Assembly: GCF_963921235.1 (NCBI RefSeq)
Contig: NC_086097.1
Span: 189,846,001-189,910,000 of the forward strand
DNA length: 64,000 bases
Source: Mobula hypostoma
Taxonomy: Eukaryota
Direction of reading: 5' to 3'
Shown one piece after another: positions 37,275-50,320 of this stretch. Below the pieces are notes generated by a model, which saw only the letters and a program-made list of their open reading frames with translations, had not been told where the DNA came from and ran no database searches. How positions within the stretch are numbered: the stretch's first letter is position 1; each line of letters opens with the position of its first letter. A program made the position numbers and the translations under genes.

Positions 37275-38800
37275 ACACACACAAAATGCTGGAGGAACTC
37301 AGCAGGCCAGGCAGCATCTATGGAAAAAAGTACAGTCGATGTTTCGGGTGAAACCCTTCGGCAGAACTGGAGAAAAAAATAGCTGAGGATTAGATTTGAA
37401 AGGTGGGGCAGGAGAGAGGGAGAAACGCCAGGTGATAGGTGAAACTTGAAGGGGGAGGGATGAAGCAAAGAGCTAGGATGTCGATTGGTGAAAGTAACAG
37501 AAGGCCATGGAAGAAAGCAAAAGCGGGGGGGTGGGGAGGAGTGCTGGAGGGAGGCGATGGGTGGGCAAAGAGATAACATGAGAGAGGAACAAGGGGATGG
37601 GAGATGGTGAAGTTGGCGAGGCATTACTGTAAGTTTGAGAAATCAATGTTCATGCTATCAGGTTGGAGGCTACCCAAACATAATATAAAGTGTTGTTCCT
37701 CCACCCTAAGTGTGGCTTTATCCCGACAGTGGAGGAGGCCATGGACGGACATATTGGAATGGGACTGAGAAGTGGAATCAAAATGGGTGGCCACTGGCAG
37801 ATCCTGCTTGTTCTGGCATAAGGAGGTAGGTGCTTGGTGAACCGGACTCCTAATCTACATCGGGTCTCACTGATATATGAGGGGCCACACCGGGAGCACC
37901 GAACATAGTTTATGACACCAACAGACTAATAGGTGAACCGTTGCCTCACCTGGAAGGACTGTTTGGGGCTGTAAATGGTAGTGAGGGAGGAGGTGTAGGG
38001 GCAGGTGTAGCACTTGTTCTGCTTGCAATGAGGAAGATCAGTGGGGAGAGACAAATGGACAAGGGAGTCAAATAGGGAGCAATCCCTGCGGAAAACAGAA
38101 AATGGGGGGGGGGAGGGGAAGATGTGTTTGGTAGTGGGATCCAGTTGAAGATGGTGGAAGTTACAGAGAATTATGTGCTGGATGTGGAGGCTGGTGGGGT
38201 GGTAGGTGAAGACAAGAGGACCCCTATCCCTGGTAGGGTGGCGGGAGGATGGAGTAAGAATAGATATGAGTGAAATGGAAGAGATGTGGTTGAGGGCAGT
38301 GTTGATGGTAGAGGAAGGGAAGCCCCTTTCTTTGAAAAAGGAGGACATCTCCTTTGTTCCAGAATGAAAAAGCTCATCTTGAGAGCAGATGTGACAGAGA
38401 CAGAGGAATTGAAAGAAGGAGATGGCGTTTTTACAAGTAGCGGGGTGGGATGAGGTATAGTCCAGGTAGCTGTGAGAGTTCGTTGGTTTATAATAGACAT
38501 TGGTGGATAAGCTGTCTCTGGAGATAGAGACAGCAAGATCGAGAAAAGAAAGGGAAGTGTCATAAATGGACCAGGTGAATTTGAGGTTAGGGTAGAAGTT
38601 GGAGGCAAGGTGGATGAAATCGACACAGTCAGCAGGGGTGCAGAAAGCAGCAACAATGCAGTCATCAATGTAGTGCTGGAAAAGTGCGGGATGAAATTGA
38701 TGAGTTCAGTGCATGTGCAGAAAGCAGCACCAATGCAGTCATAGATGTAGCGTAGGAAAAGTGCGGTCAGAGAGGTGGTTTGGGGAATAGGGTTAGGAGA
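37275..38800 (-). mobile_element. Degraded, 5'-truncated PLE (RT C-terminus, GIY-YIG, 3' UTR with mutated HHR at 37334-37368)
   Basis: MSSFFKERGFPSSTIN..CKQNKCYTCPYT matches the 26089-28479 protein; HHR core reads CTGCCGA..GAAACATC. Confidence 0.9.
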
Positions 38801-39109
38801 TGGTATCAACAGATACTATTGGGGACTGATGTAGTTTGCTGGGAATAGAGGGGAATAATAATTGAAGGAATGAAGTAGGAACATGGCTGAAGGATAATCA
38901 ATATCCCTGATTCCTTGTGATAGGTCTGGGTCCTTTAAATAATGATGCAGACCTGCTGGAATATGCAGTGGGTTATAACAATCAAACACTGTACATCTTC
39001 TGACCTCATTATACATGCCAGATAGATTACATACATGTCCGAGAGATGGGAGAACTCAGACTGAATTTGAAAATGTGCTGCAGTGTAATTGCTTTTTTTG
39101 AGGGAACTG

Positions 39110-39147
39110 TCTCTCTCTCTCTCTCTTTCTCTCTCCCCTCCCCCCCC

Positions 39148-39178
<31 letters not shown>
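39110..39178. repeat. Compound microsatellite (CT)n-(C)n-(CA)n
   Basis: Seen directly. Confidence 0.95.
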
Positions 39179-39181
<3 letters not shown>

Positions 39182-39469
39182 GATGTGATGCTATTTTGTG
39201 AGTTTGTGTTCGTGGATTTTTGCTTTCACTTGTGAGCTACTTGAGCTTATCTTTTATTATTAACTTATTTTCATTTTCTGAGACAAGACTTATGATTGAA
39301 TTTACATAATTCTGTTGCAGTAGAACACATGTTCATAATGATGATGATGGTGATGATGATGGAACTTACAAACCACAATTTGCACTGCCATGGACTAGTT
39401 AACAATAGTCTTTCTTTGCACTAATATCTTGTTTTGCACAGCCTCTTCCTTACTTTGTGGTATAAGATA

Positions 39470-42400
39470 GGAAAGATATTAGCAAGGATAGATTTTTGGC
39501 TGATTGGCAGGAGACAAAGAGTGGAATAAATGGAGATATTTTTGATTGGCAACTGATGTTTTGCAGAGTTCTGTGCTGGAACTGCTTTTTATGTTATATG
39601 TCAATAACTGGGATGGCGGAATTGATGGCTTTGTGGTCAGGTTATTGGATGATATGAAGATAGGTGGAAGGGCAGGTACTGTTGAGGAAGTAGGGAGTCT
39701 GCAGAAGGACTTAGACAGATTGGGTTGTAGACTATCTGGTTGTAGTCTCACCCAACTTCCGTGGAAGAAAGCCTGCTTGCATTTACCTGACCTATATCCC
39801 TCATATACTGTCAAATCTCCTCTCAATTTCCTACATTCTAAAGCCCTAATCTATTCAATCTTTCCTTATAACTCAGGTATTCCAGACCCAGCAACATCCT
39901 TGTAAACTTTCTCTGTACTATTTCAACCTTGTTTACATCTTCACTGTACGTAGGTGACCAAAACTGCACACAACACTCCAAATTAGGCCTCACCCACGTC
40001 CTATACAACTTCAACATAACATCCCATCTCCTGTACTCAATACATTGACTTATGAAGGCCAAAATGCCAAAAGCTTTCTTTACATCCCCATCTACCTGGG
40101 ACACCATTTTCAATGAATTATGGCCATGGCCACAGATCCCTTTGTTCTAACACACTCCTCAGTGCCCTCCTGTTCACTGTGTAAGACCTACCCCGCACTT
40201 GTCTGAATTAAATTCCATCAGCCCACTTTTTTTTAGTTGAGGCAGATCCCTCTGAAAACCATAATAGGCTTCCTCATTGTCCATACAACCCCAAACTTGG
40301 TGTAATCCGCAGATTTGCTGATGCAGTTAACCACATTATCATCCAGAACATTGATATAAATAGCAAGCAACAAAGGGTCCAGCACCGATCCCTGCAGCAC
40401 ACTACCAGTCACAGGCCAACAGTCAGCGAGGCAACCCTCTACTATCACTCTCTGGCTTCTCCTACAAAGCCAGTGTTTAATCCAATTTACTACCTCATTC
40501 TGAATGTCAAGCGACTGAACCTTCTTGACCAGCCTCTCATGCAGGACCTTGTCAAGTGCTTTACTAAAATCCAGGTAGACAACATCCACTATCCTGGTAG
40601 CTTCCTTGAAAAACTGACTTACCACACATGAAGCCATGCTGACTATCCTTAATCAGACCATGTCTATCCAAATAGTTATACGTATATCCGCTCCCTTAGA
40701 ACACCTTCCAATAACTCTCCCATAACCGATACCAGGCTCAGTTGTGTCCTGGTTTATGTTTAGAGCCTCTTTTAAACAGTGAAACAACATTGGCTATCCT
40801 CCAATCCTTTCGTACCTCCCCTGTTACTAAGGATGATTTAAATATCTCTGCTAGGGCCCCAGCAATTTCAGTATTTGCCTTCCGTAGGGTCTGAGGGAAC
40901 ACCATGTTGGGCCCTGGGGATTTATCCACTTCATTTGTCTCAGGATAGCAAACAGCTCCTCCTTTGTAATCTGTACAGGGTCCATGAAGTTGAAGCTGCT
41001 TTACTGCACTTCTATAGACTCTGTGTCACCTCCTGAGTAAATGCAGATGCAATGAATTCATTTATGACCTCCCCCATCTATTTAGGCTCCACACATGGAT
41101 TACGTTTCTGGTCTTGCAGAGGACCAATTTTGTCCCTTGCAATCCTTTTGCTCTTAACGTATCTGTAGAATCCCACAGGATTCTCCTTCTCCTTGTCTGC
41201 TAGAGCAACTTCCTGCCTTATTTTCGCCTTCCTGATTCCTTTTATAAGTGTCCTCTTGCATTTCTTATATTACATAAGCACATCATTTGTTCCTACTTGG
41301 GTTCTTTTAGTTTTTCTGATTTCTTTCTTAAGTGCAAGTGGAAAGATACCGGAAGACCTTTGCATCACCTCCTGCTTGCAACCAAAAAACTGAATTGCCT
41401 TTTCTCTATTCCAGTCCCAGTTAGATTTGCAGGTTCAGAGAATCTTGCCATACAAAAACTATTAATTCTGAAATGTTGCACTTTTGGAGATTAAATTTAG
41501 AGACAATTTAGTGTTAATGACAAGACCCTTGGGGGTCAAAGCTAATAGCTCTTTGAATGTGGCTACACAGGTTGACAGGATAATAAAGAAGAAATATGGC
41601 ATATTTACCTTATTCAACATGTTGTGAGTTTATTAGTCCAGGAACTGAGTTCAAGAATTGGTGATTTATGATGCAGCTTTATAAAGCTCCAGTTAGGCAG
41701 TCTGGCCACCTCATTGTAGGAGGTATGGTCAGGCTTTTTAAAAATATTGAAGACGAGGTCTACCAGGATATTGCCTGGATTAGAAGGCATGTTCAAAAAG
41801 GAGAGGTTGGACAAATTTGGGTTGTTTTTTCTTCTGTGACAGAGGCTAAGTGGAGAATGATGCAGATTTATAAGATTTAAGAGAGGCATACATAGAGTCA
41901 GTATTTTTTTCTCTCCGGACTGAAATGTCTAATACTAGAGGGCATGCATTTAAGGTGAAAGGGAGTAAGTGCAAAGGAGATAGGCGTGGTAAGTTTAACT
42001 TACACAAATAGTGGTGGGTGCCTGTAATGAGTTGTTTGGGTGAAGGAGGCAAACATGATTGGGGTTTCAAGAGGCTTTTAGACTGACACATGTATGTGAG
42101 TGTAATGGAAGGATATGACATTGTGTAGGCAGAAGTGATAAGTTTAGTGGACATTCGAATACTAACTTAATTAGTCAAGCACAACATTGTCGGCCAAAGG
42201 GCGTGTGCTGTACTGTTATACAGTATGTTGTAAAAACAAATCTCTTTAGCCCAACTGATCCATGCCAACCAAGGCACCTGCTTGAGCTGGTCTCATTTGG
42301 CTATGTTTGAACCATATCCCTCTTAAACTTTCCTATCCATGTACCTATCCAATAACTTTTAAACATTGTAATTGTATCTTCATCTGGCAGCTTGTTCGCC

Positions 42401-42510
42401 ATACCCATAAACTTTTACATGGAAACCCTGCCCTTTGTGTCTCTTTTAAATGTTCGTCCTCCTACCCTAATCTCATGCCATCTAGTTTTAGACTCCCTGA
42501 CCCTGGAGGA
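39470..42510. mobile_element. Cluster of CR1 fragments: 39470-39725 (+), 39730-41300 (-), 41500-42230 (+), 42240-42510 (-)
   Basis: YLDFSKALDKV, VRPNLECCVQFWSP, DKSPGPN and CR1 3' UTRs. Confidence 0.85.
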
Positions 42511-42724
42511 AGAGTCTTCAATCTGCAATGTTAACTTTATTTCTCTTTGCACATACGCTGCCTATTTTCAACACTAACTGTTTTTATTTCATTATGTTCT
42601 TCATTTCCTATTTTTCCACTTGAAGAATAGACCTTACTACACTGTCCTCCTTATATTTGATTTTTCTTTGTACTTTTATTTAATCTGTTTTCTTTTGCTG
42701 AGTGTATTATTGAAGCTCAGAATT

Positions 42725-43070
42725 TGTCCAGCAGCAATGAGCAGCAGTTCTGTGGGTGAAAACACCTTGTTATTGAGAGAGGTCAGAGGAGAATGGCCAG
42801 ACTGGTTCAGGCTGACAGAAAGCTGAAATAACCACATGTTACAACAGTGGTGTGCAGGAGAGCATCTCTGGACACACAACCCATTGAATCTTGAAGTGGA
42901 TGTGCTATAGCCACAGAAGTCGACAGACATTAGCCTCTTTATTAGGGGTGAGGAGGGAAAAAAAGGATCAGCCATGATTGAATGGCAGAGCAAACTCAGT
43001 ATGCTAAATGGCCGAATTCTACTCCCACGTCTTATGGTCTTATGGTCTAATAAAGTGGTCACTGAGTGTA
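42725..43070 (+). mobile_element. Tc1-like transposon remnant with right end, interrupted by a CR1 tail at ~42945-43048
   Basis: gagagaggtcagaggagaatggccagactggttcaggctgacagaaag encodes ERGQRRMARLVQADRK; terminus taataaagtggtcactgagtgTA. Confidence 0.75.
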
Positions 43071-43394
43071 GAATCAGAAAATGCTACGCCATTCAAAATA
43101 GAAAGGAAATGTAATTATAGATGTTGATCACAAACTGAACTTCCATGTTATGGATTTTGAAAATTAAGGCGGTCCTTAAGGTAGCTTTCCATTGAACATG
43201 TGAAGCATGAGCGCAATATTGTTGTAAGTAAATGCTCATGGCTCTACAGCCGAGTGATTTTCAGAAAATTAAAGATGGTAAATAGATGTACAAAAGATAA
43301 CAAAATAATTCATCATGTGCGAAAGATGCTGATATCCTTTAAAATACTTGTTTTGGGATTTGCTAAAGCCTTTTAAATGGAATAAATTGGTACT

Positions 43395-43730
43395 TAAGAA
43401 AAAACATGTATTGATATTGTGGCTTTCAAATTGTTCCAAAGCAGCTTACAGATAATGAACTCTTTTAGCGGTCCAGTCTCTGGGGCAATGTGAGAAAACA
43501 GGAAATTACTTTGGGTACAGCAACCTCTCAAACACTGATTTGAGGTAATATCCCAATAATCTGCTTTACTACTGCTGACTAAGGGATAAATGTTGGCAAA
43601 AACAGAAAGATAACTTCTGTTGTCTCCTTTCAAATACTCCCCCTGGATCTTTTATGCTCGCCAGACAGGACATAAAATTGATTTAATGTGTCCGTTGAAA
43701 GATGGAAGGACTCCTTTGGTGTCAACTTAT
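43395..43730 (-). mobile_element. Ancient DeuSINE (SacSINE/AmnSINE-like); related 3' pieces at ~31750-31850 and ~59330-59520 (+)
   Basis: agggataaatgttggc..ggatctttta..tttaatgtgtccgttgaaagatgg resembles the Deu domain (recalled). Confidence 0.6.
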
Positions 43731-44132
43731 CGAAATATGCTTAATAATATTAACTTCATGAAAAATATCCAACTATTTCATAGGTAAGTCATTTAGTTAA
43801 TGCAGATTATTCTTTGCAAATACTTCTGTTATGCAAAATGACACCTATCATAACGTAACAGAAAATTATACTCTGGTGGCAGCATTCTGTAAACATTTGA
43901 AGAATTGAAAAAGGAAGTCTTAGGTAAAGAAAAGAAGCAATATTTTCAACAAGTAAGTTAGCAACTGGGAAAAGGAAAGAGATTATTAATGTATTGGATA
44001 TGAACATTCATTGATCCCTTTTTTCTTCACAAATCCAGTCTGATCACCTCTGTAATTTTACTGCATTTTGTTTTCCTAATTCTAAAACAAATACATTAAT
44101 GAAAATGTATTTTCAGGACTTTTGTTAATTTT

Positions 44133-44748
44133 TTAGATTATGAAGACACGTAGTCCTCTTTTATTGTCATTTAGTAATGCATGCATTAAGAAATGATACC
44201 ATATTTCCTCCGGTGTGATATCACAAAACACAGGACAGACCAAGACTGAAAAAACTGACAAAACCACATAATTATAACATATAGTTACAACAGTGCAACA
44301 ATACCATAACTTGATGAAGAAGTCCTTGAGCACAGTAAAAGTTCAAAGTCTCTCAGATGTCCCACATCTCACGCAGACGGGAGAAGGAAGAAAAACTCTC
44401 CCTGCCATGCCGACCACAGTCCGACTCTGAGTCATCCGAAAACTTCGAGCTCTGATCAGCTCTCTGACACTGAGTACTGAGCACCATCTCTGTCTGAACA
44501 ATTCGACCTCAACCTTGGTCGCCAACAGCAGGCAAAGCAGGGGATTTTGAGGCCTACCCTCTGAAAGATTCCCGACCACGCAGTAACGACAGCAGCGAAT
44601 GAGCGTTTCAGAAATTTCTCCAGACGTTCCTCTGTGCTTTCACATCCATTCCCCATCAAATCAGAATTGTCCATGGCCCCTACTTAACAGATACGATATC
44701 ATTTTTCACCGGAGGGCTGCGCACACGCAGGCGCACTGCTCTCTCTCC
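44133..44748 (-). mobile_element. ~610-bp non-coding non-autonomous retroelement, copy 2
   Basis: Same ends and body as 30592-31200. Confidence 0.85.
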
Positions 44749-44911
44749 CCCCACCTTCTTTATAGGGCCTCTGCCCCTTCCCTCTACAGTCCTGACGAAG
44801 GGCTCTGGCCTGAAACGTCGACCAATCTTTTCCACGGATGCTGCCCGACCTGCTGAGTTCCTCCAGCGTGTTGTGAGTGTTGCTCTGAGCCCAGCATCTG
44901 CAGATTATTCT
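44749..44911 (+). mobile_element. PLE 3'-end fragment from a different subfamily
   Basis: HHR followed by gatgctgcccgacctgctgagttcctccagc..cagcatctgcag tail. Confidence 0.85.
44788..44823 (+). ncRNA. Minimal HHR motif, core intact
   Basis: AGTC-CTGACGA-AGGGCTCTGGCCT-GAAA-CGTC-GAC. Confidence 0.8.
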
Positions 44912-45275
44912 GTGTGTGTGTGTGTGTGTGGGCGCGGTGGGCATGGCGTTCCTTTTGTTCTCCTGGGCTTCCTGATTGCGGCGCACCTGAATCTCATCCA
45001 ACCTGCAGCATAAATACCCCGGCTTTCCATCCACCCATCGCCAGATCGTTGCTTCAGCCAGTGTGGTAGTTTACGTTCTAGGCCGCTTTGAATTGTGTAT
45101 GCTGAGTTTTGTTTCTGTGCTGTTGTTTGCCTGTGTTAACTCTGTCTCTCTGCGTTAACAGGAGCATTGCATGCCACCTGCCTTCCCGCTTATCCTCCTG
45201 CCTGCTGTTCTCCTCCAGTCACGCTCACACCCTCGTCTGCTTCCCTGCTCTGCCTCGTCCCAACACCCGCCTACA

Positions 45276-45342
45276 CTCTCCGCTGGCTCAGTGGTTAAAC
45301 ACCGCGTTTCCACCGCAGTGACCCCGGTTTGTCCCTTGGTCA
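45276..45342 (+). other. tRNA-Glu-like sequence in the 5' LTR (more degenerate copy)
   Basis: A box TGGCTCAGTGG (45284-45294) followed by caccgcagtgaccccggtttgtcccttggtca. Confidence 0.6.
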
Positions 45343-45468
45343 AACCTCCCTCATTCCTCTGCTTTCCTCACTCCCCAGCCTTGCCTGCAACCATTAATAA
45401 ACACTCTTCAGATTACTCTACCCTCGTGTCAGTGTCCTGCGTTTGGGTTCACCCGTTCCCCGCAACAG

Positions 45469-45479
45469 AACGATCTGGC
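45469..45479 (+). promoter_or_regulatory. Self-priming primer-binding site
   Basis: AACGATCTGGC is the exact reverse complement of GCCAGATCGTT (45040-45050), which starts 31 nt after the TATA-like CATAAATA (45009). Confidence 0.85.
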
Positions 45480-45483
45480 CAAC

Positions 45484-46602
45484 ATGGACCCAGCGGACAC
45501 AAACACCATCCAACGAGCCCTCGCCAGCCAGGGTTCCCTACTGGGACAGCACAACCAACTCCTCCGGGAGGTCATGGAGAAACTCCAATCCCTGTCTGCT
45601 GACGTCACACAGATCGGTAACCAGGTGGACTGTGTCTCCACTCATATCACTCAACCCACTCCTGGAACCCAGCCCAGACAGCCTGTAATGGTAACCCCCC
45701 AAACTTCACCAATACCCCTGCCCAGAGAGCCTCACGTACCAGAGCCAGAGCACTATGCTGGAGACCTGGGAAAGTTTTGGGGCTTCCTCCTTCAGTGCTC
45801 CCCTGTGTCTGAGCAGCAGCTGTCCACCTACCCCACAGATAAGTCTAAAGATGCCTATGTCATTGGGTTGCTAAGGGGAAATGCATTAGTGTGGGCCACA
45901 GCAGTTTGGGACAACCAACTTGATATCTGCTCCTCTTTCGCCAGTTTCATTGCGGAGATGAGAAAGGTCTTTGATCACCCAGTCTGGGGTAAAGACGCCG
46001 CTAAGCGCCTACTCTTTCTCCGCCAGGGCTCCCGCAGTGTTGCTGAATATTCAGTGGAGTTCCGGACATTAGCAGCTGACTCGGGGTGGAACAATGAGTC
46101 GCTCCAGGGGGTATTTCTGAATGGACTTAGCAACCTGATGAAGGGCGAGTTGGTTGTGAGAGACGATTCCAACAGCCTGGATTCCCTGATTTCCCTGGCC
46201 ACCAGGTTGGACAATCGCCTCTGGGAGCACCGTAGAGAGAGAGCTGGTTGTCCACCACCTTTGGCCACTTCTCCTCTCTCTTTACTGCCTCCCGCCAGAA
46301 CAAGCCTCTCTCCTCCTCCTGCACCCTGAGTAGCTCCCAGCCCTGTCGCTTCGACCGCCCCGGAAGAGGAGCCCATGCAGCTGGGGCGGAACCGCCTTTC
46401 TCCCGCTGAACGACTCTGCAGAATGAGTGTGGGCGAGTGTCTATATTGCGGACGGTCCAGCCATTTCCTTGCCACTCGCCCCCGTCGGCCAAAAAGGGAC
46501 AGCTCACCAGTAGCAGTGGGGACCCTGGTGAGTCAGACAACCTTCCCTGTCGTCCCCCGAGCCCAAATGCAGCTTCAAGCCACTCCATGTCATAATCAAT
46601 AG
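45484..46602 (+). pseudogene. Gag (sushi/PEG10-like) with premature stop at 46327
   Basis: PEHYAGD, LLRGNALVWA, LRQGSRSVAEYSVEFRTLA, EPMQLG, knuckle CLYCGRSSHFL. Confidence 0.92.
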
Positions 46603-49600
46603 TCCTTGCCTCTGTTAGTGCTAGTGGACTCCGGCGTAGAGGGAAACTTCCTGGATGAAAGCCTAGCTCTCCAAGCCGATACCTTTCATGAGCCTCTGTG
46701 TACCCCCCTGGACGCCAATGCGCTGGACGGTTGACCCCTGGCCCGTGTCACACACTGCACAGAACCCCTGCATCTCCTTCTCTCCGGAGACCATCGGGAA
46801 CAGATATGGTTCAATCTAATCTCCTCTCCTCATGCCGCTTTAGTTCTCAGCCACCTGTAGCTAAGCCGTCATAACCCGCACATCGACCGGCCCACCGGGA
46901 AGCTAGTCAGCTGGAGCTTGTTCTGCCATGCCTCTTGCCTGCCATCAGCCCTTCCCCCAGTGGAGGTCACTGCTACCTCGTCCGCCCCTGAGCCCCCTGA
47001 CTTGTCCACCATTCCTGTAGAATATCATGATCTTGGAGAGGTGTTTAGTAAGGAACGGGCTCATTCTCTGCCTCCACATCGCCCTTATGATTGCACGACT
47101 GAGATTCTCCCAGAGCCTCATTACCCACCAGTTGGCTGTATAGCCTGCCCCGTCCAGAAAGAGAAGCTATGGAGATGTACGTAATTACTCCCTCACAGCT
47201 GGCATTATCCGACCCTCATCTTCCCTGGTAGGTGCCGGTTTCTTCTTAGTGGCGAGAAAAGATGGCTCGCTACGCCCATGCATTGACTACCGTGGCCTGA
47301 ACAACATTACCGTAAAAAATAAGTATTCCCTGCCCCTGATCAACTCAGCATTCTAGCCCCTTCACGGAGCCACTGTATTCACTAAATTGGACTTGTGGAA
47401 CACCTATCACCTGGTCAGGATACGGGAAGGAGATGAATGGAAGACAGCCTTAATCACCAACCCCACCCCGCCCCCCCGGCCATTTTGAATACCTGGTGAT
47501 GCCTTTTGGCTTGACCAACACTCCCACGGTGTTCCAGGCTCTGGTCAACGACGTCCTTAGGGACTTAATCAACTGATTTGTCTTTGTTTATCTGGACGTA
47601 ATCCTAATCTTCTCCCGTAACCTCCAGAAGCACACTTACCATGTCCGCCAGGTTCTTCAAAGGCTTTTGGAGAACAAGCTATTTGTTAAGGCAGAGAAGT
47701 GCAAGTTCCATGCCCACTCTGTCAGTTTCCTGGGGTACATCATCGAGAGCGGGCAGGTGAGGCGGATCCCAAAAAGATCCGGGTGGTGGCAGAGTGGCCA
47801 CAACTCACTTTGCTTAAACAACTCCAGCAATTTCTGGGATTCACCAATTTCTACCGTTGCTTCATTAAGGACTACAGCTGGGTGGCAGCACCCCTTACCC
47901 AGCTCACCTCTCCTGAGACCCCCTTCCACTGGACCCCCGAAGTGGACTCAGCCTTCTCAGAGCTTAAGAGGCATTTCAGCTTCGCTCCCGTCCTGGTCTG
48001 ACCTGACCCATCTCGCCAGTTCATTGTGGAAGTAGACGCCTCCGACTCTGGGGTGGGAGCAGTCCTCTCTCAATGCTCCATCCCAGACCAAAAGCTCCAT
48101 CCCTGCACCTTCTTCTCTCTCTGTCTGGCCCCCACTGAACGTAACTACGACGTTGGGAATCGTGAGTTGCTGGCTATTGAACTCGCCTTGGAGGAGTGGA
48201 GGCACTAGCTGGAGGGAGCAGAACACCCATTCATTGTTTCGAAGGACCATAAGAACCTGGCATACACTCAGACAGCTAAAGGCCTTAACTCCTGCCAGGC
48301 CCGTTGTGCACTGTTCTTTAGCCAGTTCAACTTCACCCTTACCTACCGTTCTGGTTCCATGAATGTAAAGCCAGATGCTCTCTCTCACCAGTATGTCTCC
48401 GAGGAGGGTCCTTCCAATCCGAATACCATCCTTCCACCATCCTGTGTTGTAGCTGCTCTCACCTGGGAGATCAAGTCCGTAGTTACAGAGGTCCAACGGA
48501 CTCAGCCAGACCCCGGCAAAGGCCCCCTCCCCCAATCGTCTCTTTGTGTCCAACTCTGTCTGTTCTCAGGTCCTTCTGTGGGGGCATATTGCCGGTTCGC
48601 CTGCCATCCTGGAATCGGTTGCACCCTGTCCCTTTTGAAGCAACATTTCTGGTAGCCCACCATAGATGTTGACACTTGCTCCTTCGTCTCCGCCTGTACT
48701 GTGTGTGCTCGTGGAAAAGCCTCCCATCGACCACCTGCTGGGCTGCTTCGTCCCCTACCTGTCCCTGGCCGCCCTGGGTCCCATATAGCTCTAGATTTCG
48801 TCACTGGACTACCCCCTTCACATGGTAACACAGCTATACTTACCGTGGTGGACTGTTTTTCCAAAGCCGTGCACTTCATAGCCCTTCCCAGACTCCCTAC
48901 CACCTGTGAAACAGCCGACCTCCTTGTCCAACATGTCTTCCCCCTACATGGAATCCCCTCCAACATCGTTTCTGACAGGGGCCCCCAATTCATCTCCCAA
49001 GTCTGGAAATCCTTCTGTCAAGCCCTCGGAGCTTCAGTGAGTCTGTCTTCCAGTTTCCATCCACAGACTAACGGTCAGACGGAGCGAGCCGATCAGGACC
49101 TGCATTTCCGCCAGTAACCCGTCATCCTGGAGCACACATCTCACTTGGATTGAGTATGTCCACAACTCTCTGACCAGCGCCGCCACCGGTATGTCCCCTT
49201 TCGAATGTTCCCTAGGTGATCAACTCCCTCTGATTCCTGCCCACGAAGACATCGCCATGCCTTCAGTTTAGGCCCATCTCCACCGGTGCCGCAAGGTCTG
49301 GAAGGATGCTCGCTTGGCCCTGCTCCGCTCTGCTGACCGTAACCGGAGTATCGCCGATCGCCACCATATTCCAGCGCCCAACTATCAGCCTGGTCAGAAC
49401 GTTTGGCTCTCTTCAAGAGACATCCCCCTCAAAACCGAATCCAAGAAACTCACCCTTCGTTACATCGGACATTGGAGATTGAGAGCATCATCAACTCCTC
49501 GGCAGTCAAACTCAAGCTACCCAGATCCATGCGCATTCATCCCACGTTCCACGTCTCCCAACTGAAACCTGTGTCTGTCAGCCCTTTCTGCCCTCCTGCT

Positions 49601-49800
49601 GAACCCCCTCCACCCACCCAGGTCAACAACAATCACCCAGCATACACTGTCCGGCGAATAGTGGATGTGCACCGCTGAGGCAGGGGTCTCCAGTACCTCA
49701 TTGATTGGGAGGGATACGGTCCTGAGGAGTGCACCTGGATTCCCCACTCTTTCATCTTAGACCCCTCCCTCATCCGAGACGTCCATCGCGACAATCCGGA
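46603..49800 (+). pseudogene. Pol: protease, RT, RNase H, integrase, chromodomain (frameshifts and stops)
   Basis: [102 protein letters not shown]. Confidence 0.93.
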
Positions 49801-49944
49801 CAAGCCTGGTGGTTCACCTGGAGGCTCCCGTTGGGGGGGGGGGGCGGGGACGCAGATATTGTCACAGTCCCGACCCGACCCTCCCATTTATCATTTATTC
49901 CTCGCGTTCTCCTAATTCCCTTTTCCCCGTGTTTCTCCTGCTCC

Positions 49945-49995
<51 letters not shown>

Positions 49996-50320
49996 TGTTC
50001 CATTTGTTCTGCCGGGCTTCCTGATTGCGGCGCACCTGAAACTCATCCAACCTGCAGCATAAATATCCCGGCTTGCCATCCACTCATCGCCAGATCGTTG
50101 CTTCAGCCAGTGTAGTAGTTTACGTTCTAGGCCGCTTAGAATTGTGCATTCTAAGCTTTGTTTCCGTGCTGTTGTTTGCCTGTGTTAACTCTGTCTCTCC
50201 GTGTTAACAGGAGCATTTCATGCCACCTGTCTTCCCGTTTATCCTCCTGCCTGCTGTTCTCCTGCAGCCACACTTACACCCTTGTCTGCATCCCTGCTCT
50301 GCCTCGTCCCGCCGCCTAAA

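Noticed and set aside
45484..46329. Domesticated PEG10/RTL-like host gene
   Set aside because: It sits between LTRs with a decayed pol and has a premature stop before the zinc knuckle.
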